From the NCBI GenBank assembly GCA_022820025.1, contig JAJEGF010000038.1, positions 72,827 to 136,826 of the forward strand: a stretch of DNA of 64,000 bases, in the 5' to 3' direction. A model generated the notes under the pieces. It made no database searches and was not told where the DNA came from. It worked only from the letters and a program-made list of their open reading frames with translations. The stretch is from Chloroflexota bacterium. GTDB taxonomy: Bacteria; Chloroflexota; UBA11872. This document shows, one piece after another, positions 29,999-39,775 of this stretch; the stretch's first letter is position 1, and the number at the start of each line of letters is the position of its first letter. The position numbers and the translations under genes were made by a program.

Positions 29999-30027
29999 TG
30001 GCGGCAACTCCCCTGGCGCCGGACGGC

Positions 30028-31128
30028 TCAGCCCCCGGGGATGTACAGGCTCCGGTCCGCCACCGGCACCTCCACCCGCGCGCCGCCGGCCAGGTGGGAG
30101 TGGGCCACGGCGAATTGGACTTCCACGGACTGCATCGTCACGTCGATGTTGCCGCGCGTCGGCTCGCCGGTTTCCAGCGAGTTGATCAGGTCGCGGATGG
30201 TGTTGACGGTGGGCGGTTCGCCCTGCGGGTAAAGCTTGCGCGTAGTGACGTCGTCGGGGTTGGAGCCCAGGCTGTGGCGGATCTCGAACGTCAGGCCGTT
30301 GTCCAGCGCGTAGGCCCGGCCTTCGCTGCCCAGCACGTGCACGTCCAGAAACCCGCGGTGCGGAATGAAGTAGCCCACGGCCCCATTGGCGTAACCGACC
30401 TGGAAGTGACCCACGTACGGATCCGCGACCTCCCAGCCCGGTGAAGGCAGGTATCGGTGGTTCTCGGCGTCGTATTCCGGGTGCGCGCGTCGCGGCTCGG
30501 GGTCGAAGGGATCGCCGGCCTCGATCAGCCGGCCGCTCACCCACTGCGGCGGCGGGTCGCCCAGCAGCATTGAGACCAGGTCCAGCGTATGCGGGTGGTG
30601 CTTAATGAGGTCGGTGTAGGTAAGCATCAGCACGGCCTCGGGTTCGCCGATCTCGCCGGCGGCGATAGCCTCCGCCAGCAACCGAAAGCCCACGTTGTGG
30701 CGGCGCATGGCGCCCCAATTGAAGGCGACGCCGTTTCGCTTCATCGCATCCCGGATCCGGTCGGCCTCGGCCAGTGAGGCGCACAGGCCCTTCTCGCTGT
30801 AGATCGCCCGCACGCCGTTCTCCGCGCAGTAGATCAGCGGCTCGGCCCGCGCGAACGAGGGCGTGGTTACGCTGACGATGTCGGGCTTTTCCTTGTCGAT
30901 CATCTCGCGGTAGTCGAGATAGGTGTTGGTGACCCCGAACCGCTCGCTGAAGCGCTGCAGACGCTCGGCCCCGCGGTTGGCCACCGCCACCACCTCGGTC
31001 TCCTCGATGTACTGATAGCCCGAGAAATGGCCATACGGGAGATTCGGGTCCCCGAGCGGGATCTCGTCCTCGATCAACCCGCCCATGCGGCCCGTTCCGA
31101 TAATCGCGACCCGGTACTTTGCTGCCAT
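30028..31128 (-). CDS. Gfo/Idh/MocA family oxidoreductase
   Basis: YRVAIIGTGRMG Rossmann N-terminus; ATG at 31128. Confidence 0.85.
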   Translation of the reverse strand: MAAKYRVAIIGTGRMGGLIEDEIPLGDPNLPYGHFSGYQYIEETEVVAVANRGAERLQRFSERFGVTNTYLDYREMIDKEKPDIVSVTTPSFARAEPLIYCAENGVRAIYSEKGLCASLAEADRIRDAMKRNGVAFNWGAMRRHNVGFRLLAEAIAAGEIGEPEAVLMLTYTDLIKHHPHTLDLVSMLLGDPPPQWVSGRLIEAGDPFDPEPRRAHPEYDAENHRYLPSPGWEVADPYVGHFQVGYANGAVGYFIPHRGFLDVHVLGSEGRAYALDNGLTFEIRHSLGSNPDDVTTRKLYPQGEPPTVNTIRDLINSLETGEPTRGNIDVTMQSVEVQFAVAHSHLAGGARVEVPVADRSLYIPGG

Positions 31129-31249
31129 CGAGCCACCTCCCTGCCCACCAACCGCGTCATGCTCACCCAGCCGCCCCGCGGCGGCAACCTGCCAGGCCAC
31201 TGTCTATTGGGCACAATCGCGACGACTCCGACACGCTGGATTCACATTC

Positions 31250-32122
31250 ATGTCCAAATCGACCATCCTTCGTCAGCGGCTGGCCGGCGACGAGATCATC
31301 GTGCTGCCGGGGGCGTACGACGCGCTGTCGGCCAAGTTGATCGAGCAGGCCGGCTTCACGCAGTTCTTCACCACCGGCTTCGGCCTGGCCGCCAGCACCC
31401 TGGGCGAGCCGGACATTGGCCTGCTGACCCAAACCGAGACGCTGGACCGCGCCCGCCGCATCGCCCACACGGTGGACATCCCGCTGGTGGCCGACATGGA
31501 TACCGGCTACGGCAACCCCATCAACGTGATTCGCACCGTCCGCGAGTGCGTGCAGGCCGGCATCGCCGGCATCATCCTGGAGGACCAGGAGTGGCCGAAG
31601 CGCTGCGGCCACCTGGAGGGCAAGCGCGTCGTGCCGGCCGCCGACCACGTGCAGAAGCTGCGCGCGGCCGTGCATGCCCGCGGCGACGACGACCTTGTCA
31701 TCATCGCCCGCACCGACGCCCGCGCCGTCAACGGGCTGGACGACGCCATCGCCCGCAGCCACGCCAATGTTGAAGCCGGGGCCGATGTGGTCTTCATCGA
31801 GGCCCCGCGTTCGCTCGACGAACTGCGAGCCGTCCGAGAGGCCTTCGACCCCGAGATTCCCCTCTTCGCCAACATGATCGAGGACGGCGTCACGCCCTTC
31901 CTCTCGGCCTCGGAGCTTCAGGACCTGGGCTACATGATGGTGGTCTACCCGCTCTCGGGCTTGTTCGCCGCCACGGCCGCCCTGCAACGCACGTATGCGG
32001 CGCTTGTGTCTGACGGCACCACCGCCGCCGCCGGACCGATGGCCGGATTGGAAGAGTTCAAAGACGTCATCGGCGTACCCGCCTACGGCGATCTGGAGCG
32101 CCAATTCGTCAGCGCGGACTAG
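31250..32122 (+). CDS. Isocitrate lyase/PEP mutase family enzyme (2-methylisocitrate lyase / carboxyvinyl-carboxyphosphonate phosphorylmutase-like)
   Basis: LPGAYDALSAKL, DMDTGYGNP, KRCGHLEGK motifs. Confidence 0.8.
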   Translation: MSKSTILRQRLAGDEIIVLPGAYDALSAKLIEQAGFTQFFTTGFGLAASTLGEPDIGLLTQTETLDRARRIAHTVDIPLVADMDTGYGNPINVIRTVRECVQAGIAGIILEDQEWPKRCGHLEGKRVVPAADHVQKLRAAVHARGDDDLVIIARTDARAVNGLDDAIARSHANVEAGADVVFIEAPRSLDELRAVREAFDPEIPLFANMIEDGVTPFLSASELQDLGYMMVVYPLSGLFAATAALQRTYAALVSDGTTAAAGPMAGLEEFKDVIGVPAYGDLERQFVSAD

Positions 32123-32297
32123 GACGCGGCAGGCGACGCGACGGTTGTCGTCGGTTCGACATCTCACGAACCGGCGGCTCGAACCAACCTACCGTGGTTT
32201 AGGGTGGCTAGCGCGGCCAACAAGGCTTGACTGAACGGACCGTTCACGGCACGCGGTCAATGGAACCTCCGTCTCGGGCGGAACGGAAGGAAGCACT

Positions 32298-34025
32298 TTG
32301 GAAATTGCCGGTCGAACACTCAAGCGGACGGCCGCCGTCGGCATGCTGACGCTGGTTGCCATTCTTGGGCTGGCCTGCGGCGAGTCCGGATCCGCGCCGG
32401 CCGCTACTCCTACCCCGGTCGCCGAAACGATCGACTCAGGACCGCCGCCGCCCGGCACGCCAACGCCCACCGAGCAGCCGACGCCGCCGCCAGCTCCCAC
32501 GCCGCGGCCCACGCCCACGGCAACGCCGCCTGCCACCCCCACGCCATCCGCCACACCGACGCCGGAGCCCACGCCCACCCCAGCGCCGGGCGTGGTCCAA
32601 GAGAACGGTGGGATTGACTGGAGCCCCTGCCGCGGCAGTCGCGCATTTGATTGCGCCGTTCTGGAAGTGCCGGCGGACTACCGGGACCCGGATGCCGGCA
32701 CCCTGAGCATCGCGCTCAACATGCATCGCGCAACGCAGCCCGAGGCACGCGTCGGCTACCTCCTGGTCAACCCGGGAGGCCCCGGCGAGAGCGGCATGAA
32801 GCTGGTCGAAGCCATCCGGTCCAGTTTCCTCCCGTTCGCCCCCGAGCTGGTGCGACGCTTCGACATCGTCGGGTTCGACCCGCGCGGTGTCGGGGCATCG
32901 GAGCCCGACTTCAGATGCGGCGATCCAGGCGAGCGGCTCGACCTGCTTCGCTCCATCGACCCGCCCGTCGACACCCCTGAAGAGATTGCGGCCGGCGAGG
33001 CTGCCGCCAACCTCTGCATCGAGTCGATGGGTTCGGTTGGCGGCGTGCTGCACACCGCCTACGTGGCGCGAGATATGGACGAGATTCGCACGGCCCTGGG
33101 AGTCGAGCAGGTCTCGTATCTCGGCTTCTCCTACGGATCGGCTCTGGGCGTCTGGTTCGCCACACTTTTTCCAGAGTCAGTCCGCGCCATGGTCATCGAC
33201 GCGGCGGACAACCCGGTTGACGCCGAGGCTGACCGGCAAGGGCGTATAGCCGACGCAATCGAGGAGACGGCGCCGATCGCCAACTTGCTCGAGCAGGCGC
33301 TCACGGCGTGCGACAGCGCTGAGTGCCCCATCTATAACAACGGCGATCCGCTGGGCTATTTCCGGGACGCCTCCCGGAAACTGCATCTCGTCAATGAAGC
33401 CGCGGGCAACCATCCGGACGCCGCCTGGTTTGCCGTGGTTTCGGCCCTGTATGCGGAGTTTCTGTGGCCGGTTCTCTGGGAAGCTCTGTATTGGCTCAAT
33501 GAACTGGACAACCCGTCGATTCTGCTCGAGCTTGCCGAGTTTCAGTGGGAGGAGGACGGCCCGCTCGTGGCTCGAATGCCTGGTCACGTCAACTGCCTCG
33601 ACAGCTGGACGCTCTTTCCGGAGCTTGACCGCGCGACCCGGCTGGGTGACGGGGAGGCCTACGATGCCGTCCTCGAAGTGGAGTTTCCGCTGCTCGCGCT
33701 GCTGGGCGACCCACTGGCCTCCGCCTGTCCGTTCTACGACCAGTTCGCGCCGGAACCGCTCGACGGGCCGCTCGATGGCGGTGGCGTGCCGATCCTGGTG
33801 ATTGGCAACCACGGCGACCCGGTCACGCCATTCATCGAGTCGGAGGAGTTGATCACGGAACAGCTCACCAACGGGTATCTGGTGGAGGTCCACCACGCCA
33901 CGCACGGCGTCTATCCCGACAACTCGTGCGTGAATGACTATGTGCATCGCGTGCTGATCGACGCCGAATACCCCGACGAGCGGCGGGTGACCTGCGAGCG
34001 CGAGGAACCGCGGCTCCCGTTCTAG
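32298..34025 (+). CDS. Lipoprotein alpha/beta hydrolase, tripeptidyl-aminopeptidase (Tap, S33) family
   Basis: Lipobox LGLACG, Pro/Thr linker, GFSYGS nucleophile elbow, C-terminal HATHGV. Confidence 0.8.
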   Translation: MEIAGRTLKRTAAVGMLTLVAILGLACGESGSAPAATPTPVAETIDSGPPPPGTPTPTEQPTPPPAPTPRPTPTATPPATPTPSATPTPEPTPTPAPGVVQENGGIDWSPCRGSRAFDCAVLEVPADYRDPDAGTLSIALNMHRATQPEARVGYLLVNPGGPGESGMKLVEAIRSSFLPFAPELVRRFDIVGFDPRGVGASEPDFRCGDPGERLDLLRSIDPPVDTPEEIAAGEAAANLCIESMGSVGGVLHTAYVARDMDEIRTALGVEQVSYLGFSYGSALGVWFATLFPESVRAMVIDAADNPVDAEADRQGRIADAIEETAPIANLLEQALTACDSAECPIYNNGDPLGYFRDASRKLHLVNEAAGNHPDAAWFAVVSALYAEFLWPVLWEALYWLNELDNPSILLELAEFQWEEDGPLVARMPGHVNCLDSWTLFPELDRATRLGDGEAYDAVLEVEFPLLALLGDPLASACPFYDQFAPEPLDGPLDGGGVPILVIGNHGDPVTPFIESEELITEQLTNGYLVEVHHATHGVYPDNSCVNDYVHRVLIDAEYPDERRVTCEREEPRLPF

Positions 34026-34065
34026 GCGCCGGCCAACAGCGTGAGCATTGGACGGCGAGTCCCGG

Positions 34066-34848
34066 TCAGGGGCGTTGACAAGCGGCGATGAATTCTTGCG
34101 AATCGGCCGTGAACACCCAGCGCTCCAGGTCGTGCAGCACGGCGCCGGTGATCTGCAGGCCGTCGTAGGTCTCCCGTGTCTCGATCCCGCTGGTGCAGTC
34201 GCGCAGCAGGATGGGCGCGTAGCCGCGGTCGCGCATCGCGTGCATCCCGTAGTCGCGGAACCGCACGCAAATGTTCGTGGCGAAGCCCACGTAGATCAGA
34301 TGGACCAGCCGCAGGTCGCGCAGCGCTCGCTGCAACTGGTCGCCGGTGGCGATCACGATGTCGTCAGGCTCGGGCGCGACCGCCTGGTGAATGGTGCGGA
34401 AGCGGTGCCAGCGCTCGGGCGGCTTGCCCGCGCTGTCCGGTGGCAGCTCGCCCGGCGCGCGTTGCAGCGAGGCGTATGGCCCGGCCAGCGCGCGGTAGGC
34501 CGGCGGCGGCCAGCCGTCGTCGGGCTCCGGCGACGGCTGCAAGTCCTCCACGCTGGCCCAGCGCGTCCACTGCGGATACGTGGCCGCAATCGCCGGCGAC
34601 GGCGCATAAATCGGCGTCACGCCGGCCGCCCGCGCGGCGTCCAGCACCGGCCGGATACGCTGCACCGTGATGTCGCTGGTACGCGCGCGGTGGGTCGCGA
34701 TCGGATGCTCGCCCCAGGTATCCACCAGGACCAGGGCCGTCTCCGCCGGGTCCAGGTCGGCCCGAAGTTCCGTGGGGACGATGTTGGCCTCCACGTTGTC
34801 GGCGGGGCCGGTGCTGTGCATGGCCTGGTAGCGCAGCGTCAGTTGCAT
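34066..34848 (-). CDS. Isochorismatase-family (cysteine hydrolase) protein
   Basis: LVLVDTW, GFATNICV, RDCTSG. Confidence 0.7.
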   Translation of the reverse strand: MQLTLRYQAMHSTGPADNVEANIVPTELRADLDPAETALVLVDTWGEHPIATHRARTSDITVQRIRPVLDAARAAGVTPIYAPSPAIAATYPQWTRWASVEDLQPSPEPDDGWPPPAYRALAGPYASLQRAPGELPPDSAGKPPERWHRFRTIHQAVAPEPDDIVIATGDQLQRALRDLRLVHLIYVGFATNICVRFRDYGMHAMRDRGYAPILLRDCTSGIETRETYDGLQITGAVLHDLERWVFTADSQEFIAACQRP

Positions 34849-34952
34849 GGGACGGATCCTCGAGCTCGATTCAGCCGAGCATACGTTTGCGAGACTGTTC
34901 GCTTTTTGTATGGTATAACGAATGCCCGAGCCCGACGGACTGCACCTCGACC

Positions 34953-36248
34953 ATGAGCGACGCCTCGATCCGCTTCGTGCACCTCGCGGATGTCCACCTG
35001 GGCTTCCGCCAGTACGGGCTGTCCGAGCGCGCCGCCGACTTCGTCCGCGCCTTTGACGACGCGGTGGACTACTGCCTGCGCGTCGCGCCGGACTTCGTGG
35101 TGATCTCCGGCGACCTCTTCGACTCCAAGTCCATCGAACCTTCCACCTACGCCTCGGCCGACATCGCGTTGGAACGCTTGGCCCGCGCCGGCATCCCGGT
35201 CGTCGCCAACGAGGGCAATCACGAGCGCTGGTTCCGACGCGGCGAGCGCTCCTGGCTCTGGCAACTCAGCCGCCACGGCCGCCTGCGCCTGCTGCGGCAG
35301 TTCGATCCGCTGACCGGCCAGTTGCAGGCCCGGCCCTGGACCAGCGAACGCGGCTTCGGCGCCTACACCGACATCGGCGCCGCCCGCGTCTTCGGCGTGG
35401 AGTACCTGGGCGCGCGGTTGGCGGCGCATCTCCCTGAAATCGGCGCCTCGCTCTCCGCGGTGCCCGCCGGCGGCCAGCGCGCGGTGATTGGCCTCCTGCA
35501 CACCGGCGTGGATGAGGCCGTCCACCTGGGCGTGGGCGGGGTGACGCTCGATGACCTCGCCCCAATCCGCGCCTTCACCGACTACCTGGCGTTGGGCCAC
35601 GTGCACTACGAATACCACCTGCCCCAGCGCAGCCCCTGGATCTTTAATCCCGGCGCGCTGGAAGCCCACAACATCCTGGAAGGCCTGATCGGCGAGCCCA
35701 GCGAAGGTGAAGGCCGGGCCAGGGGCCTTTTCGACGTGACCATTCGCCCCGGCCGGCCGGCGGCGGTGGAGGCCCACTTCCGGGACGACGTGGTCGCCCG
35801 CCGCCCGTTCCGGCGCTTGAGCGTGGATGCCAGCGACGCTGCTGAATTCGAGCAGCTGTGCAAACACGTTGAACAGGCCGTGTCGGGCAGCCTCGAAGTG
35901 TTCAGCGAGCCGCCGGTAGTCGAACTGCGGCTCACCGGCCGCCTGCGCTTCGAGCGCATCCACCTGGACTCGGAGCGCCTGGCCGAGATCGTGCACGAGG
36001 CCTTCCAGCCCTTGCACGTGCGCGTAACTCTCCAACTGGCCGGTGACCGGCGCCGAAGCGCCGCCGCCCGCTACGGAACCAACGTGCGTGCCATCGAGCG
36101 CGACGTACTCGCGCAACTGATCAGGGAGTCGCCCCACGCCGACGAGGCCGAGGCGCTCACCGCCGCCGCCCTGGACCTGAAGGCCGCCGCCCTGGAAGGC
36201 CAATCGCCCGAGGCGCTGGCCCAACACCTGGAACGGCGGCTGGGCTGA
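34953..36248 (+). CDS. sbcD: SbcD/Mre11-family DNA repair exonuclease
   Basis: RFVHLADVHLG, ISGDLFD, GNHE phosphoesterase motifs. Confidence 0.85.
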   Translation: MSDASIRFVHLADVHLGFRQYGLSERAADFVRAFDDAVDYCLRVAPDFVVISGDLFDSKSIEPSTYASADIALERLARAGIPVVANEGNHERWFRRGERSWLWQLSRHGRLRLLRQFDPLTGQLQARPWTSERGFGAYTDIGAARVFGVEYLGARLAAHLPEIGASLSAVPAGGQRAVIGLLHTGVDEAVHLGVGGVTLDDLAPIRAFTDYLALGHVHYEYHLPQRSPWIFNPGALEAHNILEGLIGEPSEGEGRARGLFDVTIRPGRPAAVEAHFRDDVVARRPFRRLSVDASDAAEFEQLCKHVEQAVSGSLEVFSEPPVVELRLTGRLRFERIHLDSERLAEIVHEAFQPLHVRVTLQLAGDRRRSAAARYGTNVRAIERDVLAQLIRESPHADEAEALTAAALDLKAAALEGQSPEALAQHLERRLG

Positions 36249-36249
36249 C

Positions 36250-39051
36250 GTGTTTGTCCACGAGGTCTCGCTGCGCAACGTCAAGAGCTTCGTCGAGGCC
36301 ACGGTCAGGTTCCAGCCCGGTCTCACCGCCGTCGTCGGTCCCAACGGCGCCGGCAAGACCACCCTGCTGGAGGCCATCGGCTACGGCCTCTTCGGCTTCA
36401 TGCCGCACCGGCCGCAGGTGCGCTTCATGCGCCACGGCACCACGGAGGCCGCGGTCCGGGTGGAGTTCACCTCGCCGCGCGACGGCCGCATCTACCGCGT
36501 GGAACGCACCATGCGGCGCCCCCGCTCGCGCGCCACCGGCAAGCTGGCCGACAACGCCGCCACGATCGTCTCCCTCTTCGATGTCGAGCTGAACCGCGCC
36601 ATCGACCAGCCGGCCGCCGAACTCGAGGCCTGGCTGGCCGGCCAACTCGGCGTTGAGGGCCTCAGCAGTCCGGCCGACGTTTTCGAGCACGTCGTCGGCG
36701 TGCCCCAGGGGCGCCTCACCGCCGACTTCCTGGACTCGCCCCGCCTGCGCAAGGCCCGCTTCGACCCCATCCTGCGCACCGCCGAGTACCAACAGGCCGC
36801 CGATCTGCTGCGCCGACTCACCCAGCACTATTCGGAGGCGCGGCACAAACTACAGGTCACGGCATCCAACCTGGAAGGCCGGCTCGCCGCCGAACCGGAG
36901 TTGCTGGCCCGCCGTTCCGCGGCGCGGCATGCGCTTGAGCAGACGCGCGCCGCGGAGCGGCAAGCGGCCGCCGACCTGGAAGCGGCGAGCGCTCACCTGT
37001 CGTCGCAAGGCGCCGGTCGCGAGGCCTTTGAAGCGGCTGAACGTACCCTGGCGGCCACCATCGAGCGGCGCCGGCAGGCGGCCGCGCAGGTCGGACGCGC
37101 CAAGGCCGCGGTGCACGAGGCGCGACGCGCGGCGGATGTACTGGACGAGACCCGCGCGGCGCACACGGCCTACCAGGCGGCGCAGGCGCGGGCCGCGGAA
37201 CTCCAGCCCATCGAGTCCCGAGCGCGCGACCTGGACCTGGCACGCGCTCGCCGGGCCGCCCGCCTGGACCGGGCCCGGGACGACCTGGCCGAAACCCGCC
37301 GGGAGGTCGGAAAGCAGGTGGCCGTGATCGAGGTCGAGCCTGACGGCGATCCGGAAACGCGATTTCGCCAGGTGCGGATCGCCTTTCGGCAAGCGGTCGA
37401 GAAGGCACGCGAGCTAAAAGCCGGCGCCGAAACCTCCATCCGCCAGGCCCGGGAAGACACGCGCACGCTGCACACCCGCTGGATGCGCGAACGCGAAACC
37501 GTCATTCAGGCCTACGATCAGGGACGCCGGAGACTCAAGCAATTGGAGGCTCGCGCCGAGGTCGCCGCCGAACTGCCCGACCGCCGAACGCTGCTGGATC
37601 AGCGGCGCCAGGAGCGCGCCACCATCGAAGCCCTTTTGGAAGCCGACCGCCACGCCCAGCGACTGCTCACGGACACTCGGATCTGTCCCTTCTTCACGGA
37701 CGTCTGCCGCAACCTGGAAACCATCCCCGACGTGGCCGGCGTCTTCCGCCGGCAGGCGACCGAGCGCGAACGCACGCTTGCGGATCTTCAGACAGCCATC
37801 GCGGATGCGGAGCGTGCGGTCGCCGCGGCGGAGCAGGCCGAAACCGAGGCCCGCCAGGCCGCCGTCGCCCGCGAACGCCAGGCCGTGCTGCACCGCAACC
37901 TGGATTCGGCCGACGTCGACATCGCCGCCGCGATCGCGCTGCTGGACGCGCTGGACACTCGGAATGCCAGCGAACTCGCGGCCGTGGCGGACAGCCAGTT
38001 GCCAGCATCGAGTGCGCGCGAGGTGCTGGCGCAGTCCGCTCGGCGCGCCGCGAGTGCGCTGGCTGAACTGGCGTCCACCAGGGAGCCGGCGTCAAGCGCC
38101 GCCGGTACCGAGCTCCTGGCCGTTGCCAGCCAGCGTGAGACGGCATCCGCCAGGGCGCTGCAACAGTCCGAGGTCGAGCTAGAGGCCCTCGGCGACGACC
38201 TGAAAGCTCTGGCTGACGCGCGATCGGCCCTGGACGACAACGCCGAGGGGCATACCCGCTTCCTTCAGCACGAAGTCGTGGCCGGACAGCTTCAGGCCCG
38301 AGCGGCCGAGCTTGAATCGGCCGGGGAGGATGCCGCGCAGGCTGAAACCGCCCTGACGACCGCGCAAGCGGACGCGGCGTCAGCGCAAGCCGAGTTCAAT
38401 CCGAAGGCGCTGCGGAAAGCCCGCCAGGCCCGCGACGCCGCCCTGGGCACGGCCCGCCAGCTGGCCGAGCGAGTCGAGCGCATGCAAGCCGACGAGCAGC
38501 GCCTGACCTCCGACGTGGAAGCCCTGCGCCAGGTGCGCGCGGACCTGGAATCCGCGCGGGCCGGCGCCGCCCGCGTTACTTTCCTTGAAGACCGCACCGA
38601 ATTCATCCGCCGCCTGCTGCGCGACGCCGGGCCCCAGGTCACCGAGGTGCTGCTGGCCAGCGTGTCCGACAGTGCCGACGAGATCTACAGCGACATCATG
38701 GGCGCCCCCGGCGGACGCCTGCGCTGGGCGGCCGACTACGACATCGTGCTCGGCCGCGGCGGCCTGGAACGCCGCTTCGGCCAGCTCTCCGGCGGCGAGC
38801 AGATGGCCGCCGCCCTGGCCGTGCGCCTGGCCCTGCTCCGTGACCTGCTGAACCTGGACATCGCCTTCTTCGACGAACCCACCCAGCACCTGGACGCCGA
38901 ACGCCGCGAAAACCTGGCCCAGCAAATCCTCGCCGTCCGCGGCTTCAGCCAACTCGTCGTCATCTCCCACGACGACACCTTCGAACGCCACATCGACAAC
39001 GTCATCCGAGTCGCCCACACCGCCCAGGCCAGCACCGTCGAAGTGGGATAG
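36250..39051 (+). CDS. sbcC: SbcC/Rad50-family ATPase
   Basis: GPNGAGKTT Walker A, long coiled coil, LSGGEQ signature, DEPTQHLD Walker B. GTG start 2 nt after the sbcD stop. Confidence 0.85.
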   Translation: MFVHEVSLRNVKSFVEATVRFQPGLTAVVGPNGAGKTTLLEAIGYGLFGFMPHRPQVRFMRHGTTEAAVRVEFTSPRDGRIYRVERTMRRPRSRATGKLADNAATIVSLFDVELNRAIDQPAAELEAWLAGQLGVEGLSSPADVFEHVVGVPQGRLTADFLDSPRLRKARFDPILRTAEYQQAADLLRRLTQHYSEARHKLQVTASNLEGRLAAEPELLARRSAARHALEQTRAAERQAAADLEAASAHLSSQGAGREAFEAAERTLAATIERRRQAAAQVGRAKAAVHEARRAADVLDETRAAHTAYQAAQARAAELQPIESRARDLDLARARRAARLDRARDDLAETRREVGKQVAVIEVEPDGDPETRFRQVRIAFRQAVEKARELKAGAETSIRQAREDTRTLHTRWMRERETVIQAYDQGRRRLKQLEARAEVAAELPDRRTLLDQRRQERATIEALLEADRHAQRLLTDTRICPFFTDVCRNLETIPDVAGVFRRQATERERTLADLQTAIADAERAVAAAEQAETEARQAAVARERQAVLHRNLDSADVDIAAAIALLDALDTRNASELAAVADSQLPASSAREVLAQSARRAASALAELASTREPASSAAGTELLAVASQRETASARALQQSEVELEALGDDLKALADARSALDDNAEGHTRFLQHEVVAGQLQARAAELESAGEDAAQAETALTTAQADAASAQAEFNPKALRKARQARDAALGTARQLAERVERMQADEQRLTSDVEALRQVRADLESARAGAARVTFLEDRTEFIRRLLRDAGPQVTEVLLASVSDSADEIYSDIMGAPGGRLRWAADYDIVLGRGGLERRFGQLSGGEQMAAALAVRLALLRDLLNLDIAFFDEPTQHLDAERRENLAQQILAVRGFSQLVVISHDDTFERHIDNVIRVAHTAQASTVEVG

Positions 39052-39088
39052 TGGGTTCGGCTGGAAGGGCTTGGAGATTCGCCAAGCT

Positions 39089-39120
39089 ATACGTATAGTG
39101 GTGTCGCCGCATACGTATAC
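39089..39120. promoter_or_regulatory. Candidate vapB operator: two AT-rich palindromes
   Basis: cTATACGTATAgtggtgtcgccgcATACGTATACgt: the perfect palindrome TATACGTATA/ACGTATACGT occurs twice with centres about 22 bp apart, immediately upstream of vapB. Confidence 0.55.
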
Positions 39121-39142
39121 GTGCAGTCGAGGTCTGCAACAG

Positions 39143-39364
39143 GTGAGAAAGAAGCTGACGCTCACCGTCGACGAAGCGTTGATCCCTAAGGCCAAGAGCT
39201 ACGCCTACGCGAACGGGAGATCTCTGTCGTCGCTGGTTGAAGAGTTCCTGAGGGAAACCGTGGCGGGTGAGTCGCCGACGTTTGCCGAGCGGTGGAGGGG
39301 GAAGTTTCGACCGGCCGAGCGTGACGACCCACGCTATGAGGCCCTCGCCCGCAAATACCTCTGA
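39143..39364 (+). CDS. VapB-type antitoxin (RHH/AbrB-like)
   Basis: KKLTLTVDEALIPKAKSYAYANGRSLSSLVEEFLRE. GTG at 39143 preferred over ATG 39071, which would overlap the operator. Confidence 0.65.
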   Translation: MRKKLTLTVDEALIPKAKSYAYANGRSLSSLVEEFLRETVAGESPTFAERWRGKFRPAERDDPRYEALARKYL

Positions 39365-39768
39365 TCCTGCTCGACACCGATGTCCTGATCGACGTCGCGC
39401 TCGACCGGCAGCCATTCGCCGCGCCGGCCGCGGAACTCATCGATCGCATTGAGCGAGGTGGCCGTAGCGCGTACATCGCATGGCACACCGTGTCGAACTT
39501 CTACTACCTGGTGGCGGCTGGGCGTGGCGGCGCGGACGCCCGAGACTTCATCCTCGGCTTGACGCGGTTCGTTGCGATCGCGCCAGCCGACACCGATTCA
39601 GTTCGCTATGCAGCGTCCTTGCCGCTCAGCGACTTTGAGGACGCCATGCAGGTCGCCGCCGCCCGCGCCTGCGGCGCCCAGCACATCGTCACCCGGAATC
39701 TCAGCGACTACAGGCGCTCACCGATTCCGGCTGTGTCGCCGCAGGAGGCCTTGGACAGGCTGTTCTGA
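39361..39768 (+). CDS. PIN-domain toxin (VapC-like)
   Basis: LILLDTDVLIDVALDRQPF... The PIN N-terminus starts at CTG 39361-39363, overlapping the vapB stop TGA 39362-39364 (CTGA). Only 7 non-start codons separate it from the upstream in-frame stop; the track begins at an internal GTG (39490). Confidence 0.7.
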   Translation: MILLDTDVLIDVALDRQPFAAPAAELIDRIERGGRSAYIAWHTVSNFYYLVAAGRGGADARDFILGLTRFVAIAPADTDSVRYAASLPLSDFEDAMQVAAARACGAQHIVTRNLSDYRRSPIPAVSPQEALDRLF

Positions 39769-39775
39769 GCATCCG

